A stretch of 56,267 bases of DNA, filler included, from Sphacelaria rigidula (Eukaryota): NCBI GenBank assembly GCA_964200075.2. It is 6 parts of 6 records of this genome, joined end to end, with 100 filler letters (N's around TTAATTAATTAA, not from the genome) between each part and the next. Parts side by side here need not be neighbours in the genome. Positions count along the whole stretch, not along the records: positions 1 to 9,295 come from CAXNAA020008819.1; positions 9,396 to 18,690 come from CAXNAA020008820.1; 4 more parts are not named here. One strand, written 5' to 3'. The notes under the pieces were generated by a model, which saw nothing but the letters and a program-made list of their open reading frames with translations, was not told where the DNA came from and made no database searches. How positions within the stretch are numbered: position 1 is the stretch's first letter; each line of letters begins with the position of its first letter. Shown here in pieces: positions 1 through 12,050 of this stretch. A program made the position numbers and the translations under genes.

Positions 1-199
1 AAACTTGTCGACTGTAGTCTCTGCTGGATTGCCTGAGCTCCTGTACTACCATTGCATTCCGAACAACTGCAGTTGGCAGGTAGTGCTCTCTTGCCCAAGT
101 TGAAAATGCAATGCTGTTGACACGAAGTTATAGAATTTCACGTCAAGTGGCTATTCATGGGCGCACAGCTGGTTTCCATCGCCATCAGTAGCCACGTTG

Positions 200-1100
200 G
201 CTTTGATCCCATCACCAGCAGTAACCACGCGAGACACACTCGACATGCACAGCCCTCACAGAGAGGTGCGCACAGCTATATTTCCCAGCACTTCGCCGAG
301 TGAGCAAGCATGGGCCCATCGGCGGGTAGTACGGACTAGCTAGCGCTTTCCAGCACGGTGGATATCACGCGCGAGGTGAGCGGGCGTTGTTGCAAGATCG
401 AAACGCAGACTCTCTCGTACGAGGAAGAGCAGCAACAGCAGTAGCAGTAGTTTTGGCATCGGCTGATTCAGATCCACCCCCAGCCGTACACATCTACTGA
501 ACGTAAAAATATTGCTGCTGCTGCTGCTGCTGCTGCTGCTATTGCTTTTTCTCCTTTTCGTGTGGTGAACGATCCGTGTTTCGACCCGCGACAATGTTCA
601 TCACTCGGCGCGCTATTGCCTCCCTACTTCAAATCGAGTGTGGTCGTCACCCCCACCGCAGTTTCAATATTTATCACTTGTTTCCCCTGCGGTGGACGCT
701 GACTTCACTCCCATCACCAGCAATAACAACGCGTGTGAGACACACTCGACGTGCACAGCTCCCACGGAGAGATTCGCACAGCTATTTCTCCCAGAACTTA
801 GCCGAGTGAGGAAGCATGGACCTGTCGGCGGGTAGCACGGACTAGCGCTTTGCAGCACGGCAGCTATCACGCGCAAGGTGCGTGGGCGTTGTCGCACCAT
901 CAAATCGCGGACCGTTTCTCGCACGAGGAAGAGCAGCAAGAGCTGCAGCAGCAGTATCGGCACCGGCTGATTCAGACTCACCCACAGCAGTATATATCCA
1001 CTGGTGGTAAATATGCTGCTGCTGCTGCTGCTGCTGCTGCTATTGCTTTTTCTCCTCCTCCAGCTCGAGGCCGTCCGCGTTTCGACCAGCGACAATGCCT
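200..1100. repeat. Diverged tandem duplication, ~500-bp unit, each unit ending in a (CTG)n tract
   Basis: CCATCACCAGCA..GAGACACACTCGAC..GCCGAGTGAG..GGCGGGTAG at ~209 and ~711; (CTG)n at ~512-540 and ~1013-1041. Confidence 0.85.
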
Positions 1101-2914
1101 ATACACCCTTACGCGTGATTGCCGCCCTGCCTGAAGTCGTTGGTCTATTCGTGTGCTGTTACCGTCATTGCATCACTCGTCCCTCCCCCTAAATTGGAAC
1201 GGCGTGTGATTCCTCGTGAAGATGAATTTGTCAACCGTCACGTCACCATCACTATATCACTATGTCACGAAATGATTTTCACTTTCCTTTTTTCGTCAAA
1301 ATGCTGCCTCATGCTGCATTTTATATATCTTTTGGTGGTGCTGTTGTAGAGATGCACACCTCCCACGTGACGCCAACTTAAATATCCATGTACGACTCCA
1401 AAGTATATGCCAAAGTAGTGTGCTTGTTGGTACCGGTTCAGAATCGTGGCAGAAAAAATACGCGTTTGAAATTCTCGAAAAATATTTTTTTGAGCGGCTC
1501 CCATTAGAGTTGGCCTTAGCACTTTTTTCTTCGACCGAAAAAGTGCGGTCGGTTTTCTTTTCACCGATCTGATACGTCCACCACATTTATGTCCCCAGAA
1601 GGCTTCAACTCAAAATCACAGTTAGCGGCGCGCGGAGAAGAATGCAACGAGGTAAAAAATAATCGTGTTTGATCGAAAACATGCGATCGAAAGGCACGAA
1701 GCGGCACTTGACTCGTATCTTACAGACCACCACGCCAGATAACACCTGTCCACAGGACCATGCAAACCCTATTCAACTCATTCTCAGCTACCACCGCAAT
1801 CCTGCAGCATAGCGCACGAGTGGAGCCCAGGGATAGATCCACTGCAGTAGTTGGATGTGCTTTGTTTATTTCTGTTGGCGAACACTTGACCTTGCATCTT
1901 CTCTCATGGTAGGGATCAGCGACGGAACTGCGTGGTACGGTGCGCAACCAAGTTGCGTGCACGCTCATGGACAGTGCAGGTAGCACAAAGCTGCACGTTG
2001 CTGAAGTCTTATTCACGTCGCATTGTAAGCAGAGAGAACTGATAGTCCTGGGCTGTCTGCGCTGCACGTTGCCCGCTTCTCTTCTATATCCCCCTGAACG
2101 AAATACGCACACACGCACACAAGACACGGCTTGTAAGCGTTGCAGATAGTACAAACGGTCGGTACTGAACACGCGTGACCACGTGCCGTTTCACGAACTT
2201 TATTCTCTTTTTTCGATTGAAAGGTTGAAAATCCATCTGGACCCGACTGCATCAAAACGAGAAAATTTCGCTCAAGTCGATTCCACCGCCACATTTTTTC
2301 AATCGAAAAAAAAAGTGCCAAGACACGCCCGAAGACACACCCTTCGAACGGAATACTACTGTGACGCTACAGTAGACGGCCAGGACAGAGACAATAGAAT
2401 TCGGCTCCAAAATTCACCGAACTGCGGCAAATCGGCTGTTAAATTCACCGATCCTCGAACGCCGGGAAAACGAATCTTGGGAAGACAGAAAGGCCTGCAC
2501 ATAGGCAACAACAAACACAGCGTCTACGATTGTTGTTGATTGAAATCATATTGATATGATGCCCGCATATGTCGCGCTTACACGATTCAGACGCCTATGG
2601 TGTAAGGAAATATAATCGCGTTTCCGTTTGAACGTCATGTGTCGCACATATAGAATAAAGGCTGCGATTGTCATATAATAGACAAGCCAGAAAGTGACGA
2701 AATAACAAAAACTGCGACACCAAAATTCACCTAACTCCGAGAAATCGAAGGTACGAAAAAAAGAAATGCCTGCGGAAAAAGCGCCGCGCTGTAGGCTGCA
2801 ACGTTTAGTGTTCTTGCCTACGCTCTCACTGATTGGATGCCTATGCTTTAAAGAAAACTAACCGTATTATCGCTTCAATGTGAGTGTGTTGTACATATAC
2901 AGTCATATATGGTC

Positions 2915-3530
2915 CATAGAAAACTCCAGCCTGAAAGAAACATCGTTGCTTTTCTTGCTTTTTGGTGTCTTTTGCGCGTTCATCATGTATGCATGTAAGA
3001 TTGAAGTTTCTGTTTTTCAGAATCAAAGCGTCGGAACCACCATCAGGGCTCCACGTATGACCAATTACGTGCATCTTGAGGCACTGATAGCTTGGGTCAA
3101 CGTGGAATCTTGCGCTCGTCTAAAGTTAGCGGTGATGGAAAATAATTGCGCTACCTGATCAACCTTACGAAACAGAGACGCTCTTCTTGCGTTTTGGTGT
3201 CTCCTGTGCTCATCGCGTATGGGTGTAAAGAATCAAATCTCCGTTTTTTAGAATCAAAGAGTCTGAGCCACCATCAGGGCTCCGCGTATAACCTATCACG
3301 CGCACACTTTCAGGCACTGACAGCTTGGGCCGAAGGTCGAATCTCGCCTTCGTCGAAGGTGAACGGTGATGGATAAACATTGCACTATCTCGTCGAGCTT
3401 TCGAAAATGAAAAACGTCGCAGGTTGACGTGGAGCTGAAGGGGTTTGTGAAGTGTACTGTTTTGAGATTAGGTCTAATTGTTCCGCTTGCACGGGAGCGT
3501 TCACACGTAATCATAGTTGGACATATTTGG
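2915..3530. repeat. Interspersed repeat with ~240-bp tandem subunits; a homolog lies on the opposite strand at 17925-18159
   Basis: CCACCATCAGGGCTCC and GGCACTGA.AGCTTGGG occur twice; 3296-3530 aligns with the reverse complement of 17925-18159. Confidence 0.8.
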
Positions 3531-3729
3531 GTTATATGCGAGTCAGTATTACGCTCAAAGGCGAAAAACAAACTAGGCGATATAGCTTGGGTGTGTGGGA
3601 AGCGCATGCAAGAAACCGCAGTCCAATTCCCCGCTTCGTTGTCGAGATGTAAGCGTTGCGCGATCGGCACTTTTGGGTTGAGGATCAGTAGCGTCTTTCG
3701 AGGTCGAAGATGGCAAATTAAAAAAATCG

Positions 3730-4650
3730 GCGCGCATACTGTTTTTCTTGTCGCAAGCAAGTTTTGACGATACTGTATGCAGTTTGGTTGCGTGCCATAA
3801 GCCGCTGCTTTGTTCTGTGCGGCTGTGCACAAAGGGCAATTTCACCTTTCAACGGCGATTATCCTCTCAAGTGTCGAATTACAGAGTGAGAGTCCACAGA
3901 AGAACGACAAAGCTGGCGACTGCTTGGTGTCAGGCAGAAGCCAAGGCGCCGAGAGCGGTTTTAGTATGTGCACTACCTTACACCTGCTGGCGACTGAGGT
4001 CATGTATTTAGTAACTATATGAACTATTCATAGTATAAGAATGAGATGCAAACTGTGCGACGTTCGACAAGCAGCTTCGTTTTGGGCTGCGTGCAGTGTG
4101 TGACGGCATCTACCTTTGTGGCGTGCCACCAGGTGCTGCTTCATTCTTTACGGCTGTGCACAATAGGCAAATTCGCCTTTCAACTGCGAGTACCCTTCAT
4201 GGATTGAGTTGCAGAGGGCGAGGTCACACATGAACTTCGGCTGTTGTGTCTGAGGGTTCCAGCGGAGGAAGCCAAGGCGCAAGAGTGGTTTTTATTTTAG
4301 ACTACGCACTGTCCATGTATGACCAGTTCGGTAGAGCCAGGATGCTTCAAGTGATTGCCTGTACATACCGAAAAAAATATGTAAACCATGCGATTTGCGC
4401 CAACATGCATCTTCGACCCTATGCCATTTTTTGGCATCAATCAATGTTATGACACTTGCTTCGGTGGCGGTCCGCCATGTGCTGCTCTGTTCTGTGGGGA
4501 TGTGCACAACAAGAGACAACCTCACGTATCATGTCCTCACGTATCATGAGCGAATGCCCTTTTATCCCTTGACTTCTAGAGGACGAGTTCACGGATGAAC
4601 TACGGCTGTTTGTGGCAGACTGTTTCGAGGCAGAACCCAAGGCGTTGAAG
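3730..4650. repeat. Three diverged tandem units of ~335 bp; related fragment near 50000-50230
   Basis: GCTGCT..TTCT....TGTGCACAA at ~3803, ~4135 and ~4481; CCAAGGCG in each unit. Confidence 0.7.
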
Positions 4651-4699
4651 ATGTTGATCTGGACAGAGTGAACCAGACCGTGCCCAAGTCACTGACCAG

Positions 4700-4960
4700 A
4701 TGGGATTCCTTTCACTCATGCCATGACCCTGACCCCATGGGGCCCATGAAAAATTCACTCTCCATTCCCGCAGTCACAGCCGTGTGTAGGACATGCAGCG
4801 CGCAGCCAATCCGCGCAGCGTGAGCCTCTTCATCGCCAATATTATCAACATGGTTCTCAGTAGTTTTCACATGCGCGACGCTGCTGCTCATGACCTCCAA
4901 ATTATTGTACTTTCTTGTCTAGCACACCATGTCAGGCACGCCTTCCACTGCAGTGACGTT
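4700..4960 (-). pseudogene. Possible degenerate hAT-like DDE transposase fragment
   Basis: Minus frame contains RIGCALHVLHTAV, resembling the CxxH motif; in-frame stops on both sides; motif resemblance only. Confidence 0.3.
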
Positions 4961-5456
4961 AGTGTGTGGCCGCCGCAACAGTTGCTGTTCGTGCTCTTGT
5001 CTTGTTATCTTCGCAATGACGGTAAACGTGGGGTGGCAGCTCGGGGGCGTGTGCCTCCCGAGTGGTGAAGACAGAAGCAGGACACTAGCTAGTGCAACAA
5101 GATTGTTTATCTACTGATGTGGAGAAAGCTTTCCGGAGGAACAGTATCATCTCAACACCGACCACTCCCAGGCTTGAATAAATGTACCAGAAATGTAGTT
5201 CATTTCATATGAGCTAGATCGTTATTTGTAGGTGACGCGTGTATTTTCCATTGATATGGTTCGTTGGATTACGGGCCACTTCTGACGAATACAGCGTTCA
5301 GCTTGCACTTTCCAGGAATAGAGTACCCAGAATCGGCCCCCATTCCTACCCAACCGTGCCGGTGGGGGTGCGTGGGGGGTGAGGGACAGTGCAGTCGTTC
5401 ATGCTCTCGAGAAGCTCAGAGCTGAGGTTGTTGAGCTTCGCTTTGGTTGATGCGAG

Positions 5457-5760
5457 CAACGCTTGTTTTTGTTGCGCGGTCCGCGATTTTGCCAGCCGCT
5501 CAAATTGACGCCCTCTCGCCCCCCCCCCCCCCGCCCTGTGACTGTTGTTGTTCCCCCCCCCCAAAAACCTCTGAATTCCCCGGTATGTGTGAAAAANNNN
5601 NNNNNNGGGTGGTGGGGGCAACGCTTGTTTTTGTTGCGCGGTCCGCGATTTTGCCCGCCGCTCAAATTGACGCCCTCTCGCCCCCCCCCCCCCCAGCCAT
5701 GTGACTGTTGATGTTACCCCTCAGCAAATACACTGTAATTCGTAGGTATGTGTGAAAAAA
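5457..5760. repeat. ~160-bp direct duplication straddling a 10-N gap, probably an assembly overlap
   Basis: CAACGCTTGTTTTTGTTGCGCGGTCCGCGATTTTGCC...GGTATGTGTGAAAAA on both sides of N at 5597-5606. Confidence 0.75.
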
Positions 5761-6147
5761 ATTGACCTCCTCACCCCACTGTTGGAAATTTTCATGTTCG
5801 GGCCCTTGTCTGAGATCATGTAGTAGCTCAATAAGCACTTGAAGCAAGTATAATGCATCCATGGCCTACGCATGTGGTGTACACCTCGGCCGTGGTCTGC
5901 AAGTCCTTTGTACAGGACAATGAGACGGGTAGGTGGGAGGAAGGTAGGACGAACTAGGGGGGTTCAGCTCAGTCTCGCGGAGGACGAAGGGGCTTGACGG
6001 GGTCACAACCGCATGGCATGTGCGAGAAACTCTACGGTTCGTACGTATGATTGCTCATCGTTGGACGCAACCCGTCCCCTCCCCCCCCTCGCCCACTCCC
6101 TGCGCGCCTCATCCTAATCCTCAGATGCCCCCCCCCCCCCCCATATA

Positions 6148-6546
6148 ATCTTTTGTGGTAACCATGATTGTGGTGGAGCTAGATCATATTTTGCGGGGTG
6201 GCACAACCTCAATTCCGCGCAAAGGGGATGATCACACTACGTAGTGTTTTAATAATGAGACACCCATGAGGCAGTGTACAAGCCGTGGCTGTCCCTACAA
6301 GTGGTGATACCGGGAGATGAAGCAACTCATTGCAAGCGATCATCATGCGAGATAATCAGTACGCTCGGGCGAAAAATCTTAGCAGGATGCAGCTCACCCT
6401 GCATGTGACTCGCCGGACACATCACGGCGCTTCGCGCTTAGTAATAGGCGAGCCTGATACGGCGAGAATCCGGCGTGCTCCATCCCAGCTTTGTAGGGGG
6501 GCGAGGTCAACGGTCTTTTGACTCTAGTATGCAAGATCACGAGTAC
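6148..6546 (+). repeat. Unclassified interspersed repeat; second copy at ~19075-19556
   Basis: Colinear matches (GGTAACCATGAT, AAGTGGTGATACCG, AGATAATCAGTA, CCGGCGTGCTCC.TCCC.GCTTTGTA) between contigs 1 and 3. Confidence 0.8.
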
Positions 6547-8509
6547 CCCCCTCTCCCCCACCCCACCCCACCCTCCCCATTTCCCATACATCCGGTGAAC
6601 GCACTGGTGGCGACCGCCCGTCTGTGCGCGTGCGTTTCTCATTAGATGCACGAATCGAAGCACATCACGGTTCCCGTGTACCACAGCGAGGGCGGCGATG
6701 CCAACGTAGGAGAGAACAACACAGAAGAAACACAGCAGCTCACGGAAGAAGGGGTGCCAGAAGCTAAGGGGGAGCGGGAATACCCCGTATAGCCGGCTGG
6801 TGGGGGGGCGAGGGTGGGGGGGGGCAGCTCCCAGGGTGTATACCGGTAGGAATTATTATGTGGGAGCAGATGAAAAAGCAAGAGATATGTGTTGCATTTG
6901 TTTTGGTCGAGATCCCATGCATGCAGATAGATAATTGAAACTGTCTGCGTCGATGGTACAATCACACGCCAGTACTAGTTCGGGGGAGAGTTTGATAGCG
7001 GGTACTGCTGTAGATTGGTTTGCGATACGAAGTCAGTCACGAGTGAGTGTTGTTTGTGCTGTTACCCAAGAGGGATGTGGTGTGCGTGCGTGCGTGCGTG
7101 TGTGGGTACTTCTGTCTTTGGGCGGGATATACGGTTGTGACGCTGTCGGCCGGGTTGCTCTTGCTGATTGTGTATGGAACGTGCAAGCGTTTGCGTCGTG
7201 TACGATTCACTCCCTATTTTCTTTTTTTCATCCAGTCTAAATTTTGTGATAGAGGGTATACACCGCCCGTTTACCACTCGCACTAAATGGAAGTAACCAG
7301 TACATGTTTACGGACGGTATTGGATGTTGGGTGCTCGGCAGATATATGTGTGGTAACTTCATGCGTTCGGCGGGAGATCATCTCCACATTATCTCTGCTG
7401 ACGTCAACGATGGCCTCCGGAACAGTGGTGAGAAGGGTACTCCCACCATTTCCACATGTCTTCTGCTGCGTGTGTTGGGTGGCCAAGCACGTCAACAGTC
7501 CCCCGCGGAAGATACGAGCTTGGCCAGGCACGAAACGTTGAACCCCAGGGCGCACAACATGTACAGTTTCCCGAGTCAGCCCGGGGTGAGCATATCGCTG
7601 TGATTTTGGATAAGGCTGGTTAAGCGCGGCTCCGCCGCCATTCGATTGGCACAGTTTTGGCGACGAGGTTATTGTACTGCATCGGGTACTGGGTGCGTCT
7701 CTCTTCTTGGCGTGACTGTGTATTGAGTCTTTTTGATCATATGCTAGTGGCGAGCCACGGCTAACGCGCGTGGCAGCAGTGCCGCAGGTATCAACACCAC
7801 GGGTCTCGCACGCGTGGAGGATTTGAACAAAAATTGTCGAGAGCAAAAAGCGACCCTGACATTCCAATTTTTAAATTGGTTGTTGTCTCAAGCTATTCCA
7901 GATCCGGTATTGGATTTCTGTGACAGAAAAACGAGCAGAACTTTTGGAGAATTTTTCAAAAAACAAACAGAACTTTTCAAGAACCGCTCAAAAGATGACC
8001 CCATTATCTGGAGTACAGGCTGGTACACTTAGCGCAAGACAACTCTGCAGTGGTATATGAAGCGCGAGTACTACACTGAACACCAGACAACACGGCAGTT
8101 CTGCAGTGTTTTTTAGTATTAGAGCCTGAAGACGGACTGTATGCAACAGTGCGAGTATGCATCAGCTTCTCTTAATGCAAAATTAATCTTGCCGTGGCCG
8201 CGAGCGCTGGCGCTGATGCCAACGGCAACAGCCGTCATGCTGACGGGTGCAAGCACTACCCTGGTGGTGCAGTATATCCGCACTGTTCGAGGGAAACGGT
8301 AAGAACGTGGAAGGTGTGCTGACCGATCATGTTTGCACACACTTACCCCCCTCAGCAAGGGGCAGCTGAATATTTTTTTCGGGACACGTAGGCCCCAAGA
8401 TCGAAAATTCGAGTTTTTGGGAGGGGGGCGGGACACCAAGCCGTGTGTCCCCTGGTTTCTTGCCGAAACGTTGGCGGATGTGGTCAGCTGCCGTAGACAG
8501 TAAAGATCC

Positions 8510-9035
8510 TTCTATATTATATACCATATATTATAAATAATATTTTACATATAATATATTATATTTCGTATATTATGTTTCAAATATTATATTTCGTATA
8601 TTATGTTTCGAATATTATATTTCGTATATTATGTTTCAAATATTATATTTCGTACATTATGTTTCAAATATTATATTTCGTATATTATGTTTCAAATATT
8701 ATATTTCATATACTATATTTCATATACTACATTTCATACATTATATTTCATACATTATATTTCATATATTATACATCATATAACATATATTTCATATAGT
8801 ATATTTCATATATTATACATCATATAACATCGGTCTATATTATCGATCTAAATTATTCATATCCTTCTCCTTGATATATAGTATATTGTTTATATTATAT
8901 ACAATATATTTATATGTGATATATTTATATATATAACTATACAGCAAGGGGCAGTTTATTCTATATCATGTATTTATATATAGAAATATATGTGCTAAAA
9001 TAATACGATCCTTATATTATATATTATATATTAAT
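8510..9035. repeat. AT-rich minisatellite (28-bp unit TATTATATTTCGTATATTATGTTTCAAA decaying into 14-bp units)
   Basis: Tandem array visible 8555-8830. Confidence 0.9.
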
Positions 9036-9295
9036 TAGAAAAGGAGCAGAAGCAAACATACACCCCGCAAAGCCCACCAAACTTTTCGGATTTTGCCAAT
9101 GTTCATGGACCAATTTTTTGCAACAAAATCAACAGAAATAATCAAAACAGTTTTTATTGATCAATTTCTTGCGAAAAAGTTGACAAAAAAAACGAAAAAA
9201 TCATGACAATTTTTATAAAATGCCCTTCGGGCGGGGGGGGGGGGGGAATGTCCCTTTTTTTTTTTGCCTTGGGGGGGTGTCCCTTGGGCCCGCTT

Positions 9296-9395
9296 NNNNN
9301 NNNNNNNNNNNNNNNNNNNNNNNNNNNNNNNNNNNNNNNTTAATTAATTAANNNNNNNNNNNNNNNNNNNNNNNNNNNNNNNNNNNNNNNNNNNN
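9296..9395. other. Artificial contig linker (N44-TTAATTAATTAA-N44)
   Basis: Six-frame-stop 12-mer flanked by 44 N on each side; the same cassette recurs every ~9.4 kb. Confidence 0.97.
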
Positions 9396-9468
9396 CCGGG
9401 AATCGAACCCCCCAACTCAACCATCAGAAGGTTACGAGGTTACCAACTGAGCCACCGGGGCGACCGGT
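9396..9468 (-). mobile_element. tRNA-derived SINE head (family 1), cut by contig start
   Basis: Minus strand has A box TGGCTCAGTTGG and B box GGTTCGATTCC; matches 28017-28085 and 34360-34434. Confidence 0.8.
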
Positions 9469-9713
9469 ACCGTTGATATTGAAATCTCGAAATACCGTGG
9501 TATCGTAGGTATCGTAGGTATGGATTTTAAAAATACCCGATCGAGCGGGTTCGGTAGCTAGGTGTTGAAATTTTGAAATGTCGTGGTATCGTGGGTCTCG
9601 AAGGTATGACATTTGAAAATACCCGATTGGACCGGTATCGGTAGGGTATGAGCTGTCCCAAATACCGATACCGGGTACCTACCTGACCTACGGTGCCTGT
9701 GAAGAATCCCTAG

Positions 9714-9990
9714 AATCAGGTATTCCTCGGCGAAATGTGGCGTACAAAAGGTAAGCGGTCTCTGGAGGCGAAATGTCCGTTTTTGCTTGGTCATATGTCT
9801 CGAGTAACATGTTTTTTATCCGCTATTTTTTCCAGTCCCGAGGGCTAATGTCCCCCCTCATTATGTGCGTGGGAATCCAGAGCGAAACTGTTCAAAATGG
9901 CGTGTTTGGCTGTTTTCGCGTGTTGGCCATTTTTCGTACCTTTCTCGGGCAAAAAACGAGAAGGTATACCTTTCCTAGGCCATTGCCCTG
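9714..9990 (+). mobile_element. Non-autonomous element with imperfect subterminal inverted repeats (AGGTAT[A/T]CCT...); second copy 28643-28920
   Basis: Colinear with 28643-28920; ends are imperfect reverse complements. Confidence 0.7.
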
Positions 9991-10019
9991 AGAATATGAC
10001 GCGTGGACCGAGAGAGTTT

Positions 10020-10232
10020 CTTTTGCACTTGAATGTTCAAGGCAATACACTAATCGATTTTCAGGTATGAGTAAAATGCCCTATATTCCTGAAAAAAAAA
10101 AACTTTGGGTCCACGCCATTTTTCTTTTTTTGCCCTATTCATCGTCCATACCGTAGTTCAGGGTCCAACTTTGACATTGGCCGACGAATGGGCCCGCAAA
10201 CTGAAAATCCGCCTCCAGGCTGGCCCAGCTCA
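10020..10232. mobile_element. Diverged half copy of the mariner-like MITE at 33494-33851
   Basis: GCCCTATTCATCGTCCATACC...CAGGGTCCAACT...GGCTGGCCCAGCTC. Confidence 0.75.
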
Positions 10233-10489
10233 TGTGAACTCGGTGCCTTTTGTCCAGGGTGGGCATTTCTTCCACGAAATTTCACTTCAAATCGCCATCG
10301 AAAGCAACAACAACCTGCTGTTCGAACGCGCTAGTTATCGATAAATATCACTCACTCATTCCGCTCGACACCGGTTTCCTCAAATGCAAGCAAATCACGA
10401 CTGTGTTGGGTCGTCGCACACAACTATGAGTCCATTTTTGCGTGGAATCAACGCCGGCACTCCCCTCTATCGTAGGGTCACTCTCCTGT

Positions 10490-10712
10490 GTCGCACTGCC
10501 TGCAGACGCGACACTGTGAACACGAGGTAGTGAAGGCACTTCAGTGTGGCAGAGTCCTCGGTGAGGCCGAGCTTGAAAGATTCGCCACCCAGGTTTTCAG
10601 TCCCAACAGCCTTGCCATTAACAACTTTCCGGATGCTTCCTTGACTTCTTCCATCGAGGGCTCGGCCGCGTGAGCTGCTTCCCCCGGCATCTGTTCGATG
10701 GCTTCGACTTAT
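10490..10712 (-). pseudogene. Non-LTR retrotransposon (RTE-like LINE) ORF relic, region just upstream of the RT domain
   Basis: Minus strand reads EPSMEEVKEA / IRKVVNGKAVGTENLGGESFKLGLTEDSATLKCLH across a frameshift, the typical pre-RT EEV..AI...NGKA.G motif. Confidence 0.7.
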
Positions 10713-11651
10713 GTCATTTAATTCAATGCGTTTTATTTAATTCAATGCAGAGCTTACCCTGTGGTCGTCAAGCCGGACGCTAGAAACAGCCAAGCCGAGA
10801 TCGAGGCCGCGCCGTATAATAGTTGCAAGCTGAGGCACGGCTTCGGAACCCAGCGCTTGGTGAAGCTACTACTGTACATATTAGGTGAGAGCAAATCATA
10901 CGTGCTTTGCAAAACCGACAGAGTTGAGTTGTGCTCTACAATCTTCTGTAGCCTTTCCGCACCTGTGTTGGCTGTGTTTAAAAATGCTGTTCTCAACGCC
11001 TGTGCAAGCGCTCCAGGGAGGCATTACAGTACCAAGCTACCTCACCGGGCTCGTGCACCGTGAAATAAAGATGGCAGGCAGAGGATGCGTACGATGAGCC
11101 AGCACCAGCACCCACTTATCCGGCCATTCGCAGGGAGTACTGCACAGCACAGACGGCACATTACAGTACAGCCTACTCTGGAGATGATCCTCAGTGCTCA
11201 AAACCCCGTACATGTAGCCTCAGCAGGGCCGTACATGGTGCATGCTGTCGCTCTAGATCAATTCTCCCTACCAATATACTCTGCGGAATATGCCGAGGAT
11301 ACCGTTCATGCGCTTTTGTTGAGTTGGGCTTGACGCTACTCGTCTAGTGTTACGAAGAGCTTGGACAAAATTTCCGTAAAATTTTGTTCTGAAAAAATCA
11401 TGACGACCCAGCAGCACCCAGTATTGCGCGTCGTTTAGTGTCACGTCGTTTACCACCTCCTTTGAAAATCAATACACGGTGCGGTCAGCAGACTCGGTAA
11501 AGCATGAAATCACGTTTTATTGGCCTCCGAAGTATGGGAAACGTCGATTGCTCCCTCGCCCGAGAACTCCAGCTCAATTACACTTCGGAGCACACAAACT
11601 GACGATCAGTATTTCTCAACCGCGGACAGCACAGCTACTGACAAGATTGTT

Positions 11652-12050
11652 CAAAACTGCTTTTTTGGCCCTTTTACGTCGTTTTACGCCCGAAAGAGGG
11701 GATGGGCATGCTGACACCTCGGAATGGCCTGCTCTAGTCGGTAAGGTCGTTCCAAGGCACTTTTGTGTTGTCCGGTGGCTACAGTTTTTGTTTTGGCCAA
11801 ACTTGCATTTCCAACAACAAACGGTGACGTCATGAAAAAAGCAGGAACACGTTCCGCCGTTTTTAAGTAACCTGGCCGTTTGTTACTCACTGAAAATGCA
11901 AGTTTGGCAAAAAAAAAAACTGTGGCCACCGGCAAACATAAGGGTGCCCTGGAGCGGTCTCACCGACTAGAGCGGGTCATTCCAAGTTGTCAACATCCGC
12001 CTGGCCTTCTTTCGGGTAAAAAACAACGGAAACGGGCCAAAAAGGCAGTT
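11652..12050. mobile_element. Foldback/MITE-like imperfect palindrome
   Basis: Arms ~170 bp (e.g. CCAAACTTGCATTT / AAATGCAAGTTTGG, CTCTAGTCGGT / ACCGACTAGAG), centre ~11850. Confidence 0.8.

Noticed and set aside
340-1192. Short polyS/polyL/polyA ORFs
   Set aside because: By-products of (CTG)n inside a tandem repeat, with no domain signal.
5457-5760. Biological tandem duplication
   Set aside because: Copies sit on either side of an N gap next to homopolymer runs; probably a scaffolding overlap.
9396-9468. Functional tRNA gene (also 28017-28085, 47270-47341, 50990-51063)
   Set aside because: A and B boxes are present, but no complete cloverleaf can be built and the sequences are embedded in repeated elements.
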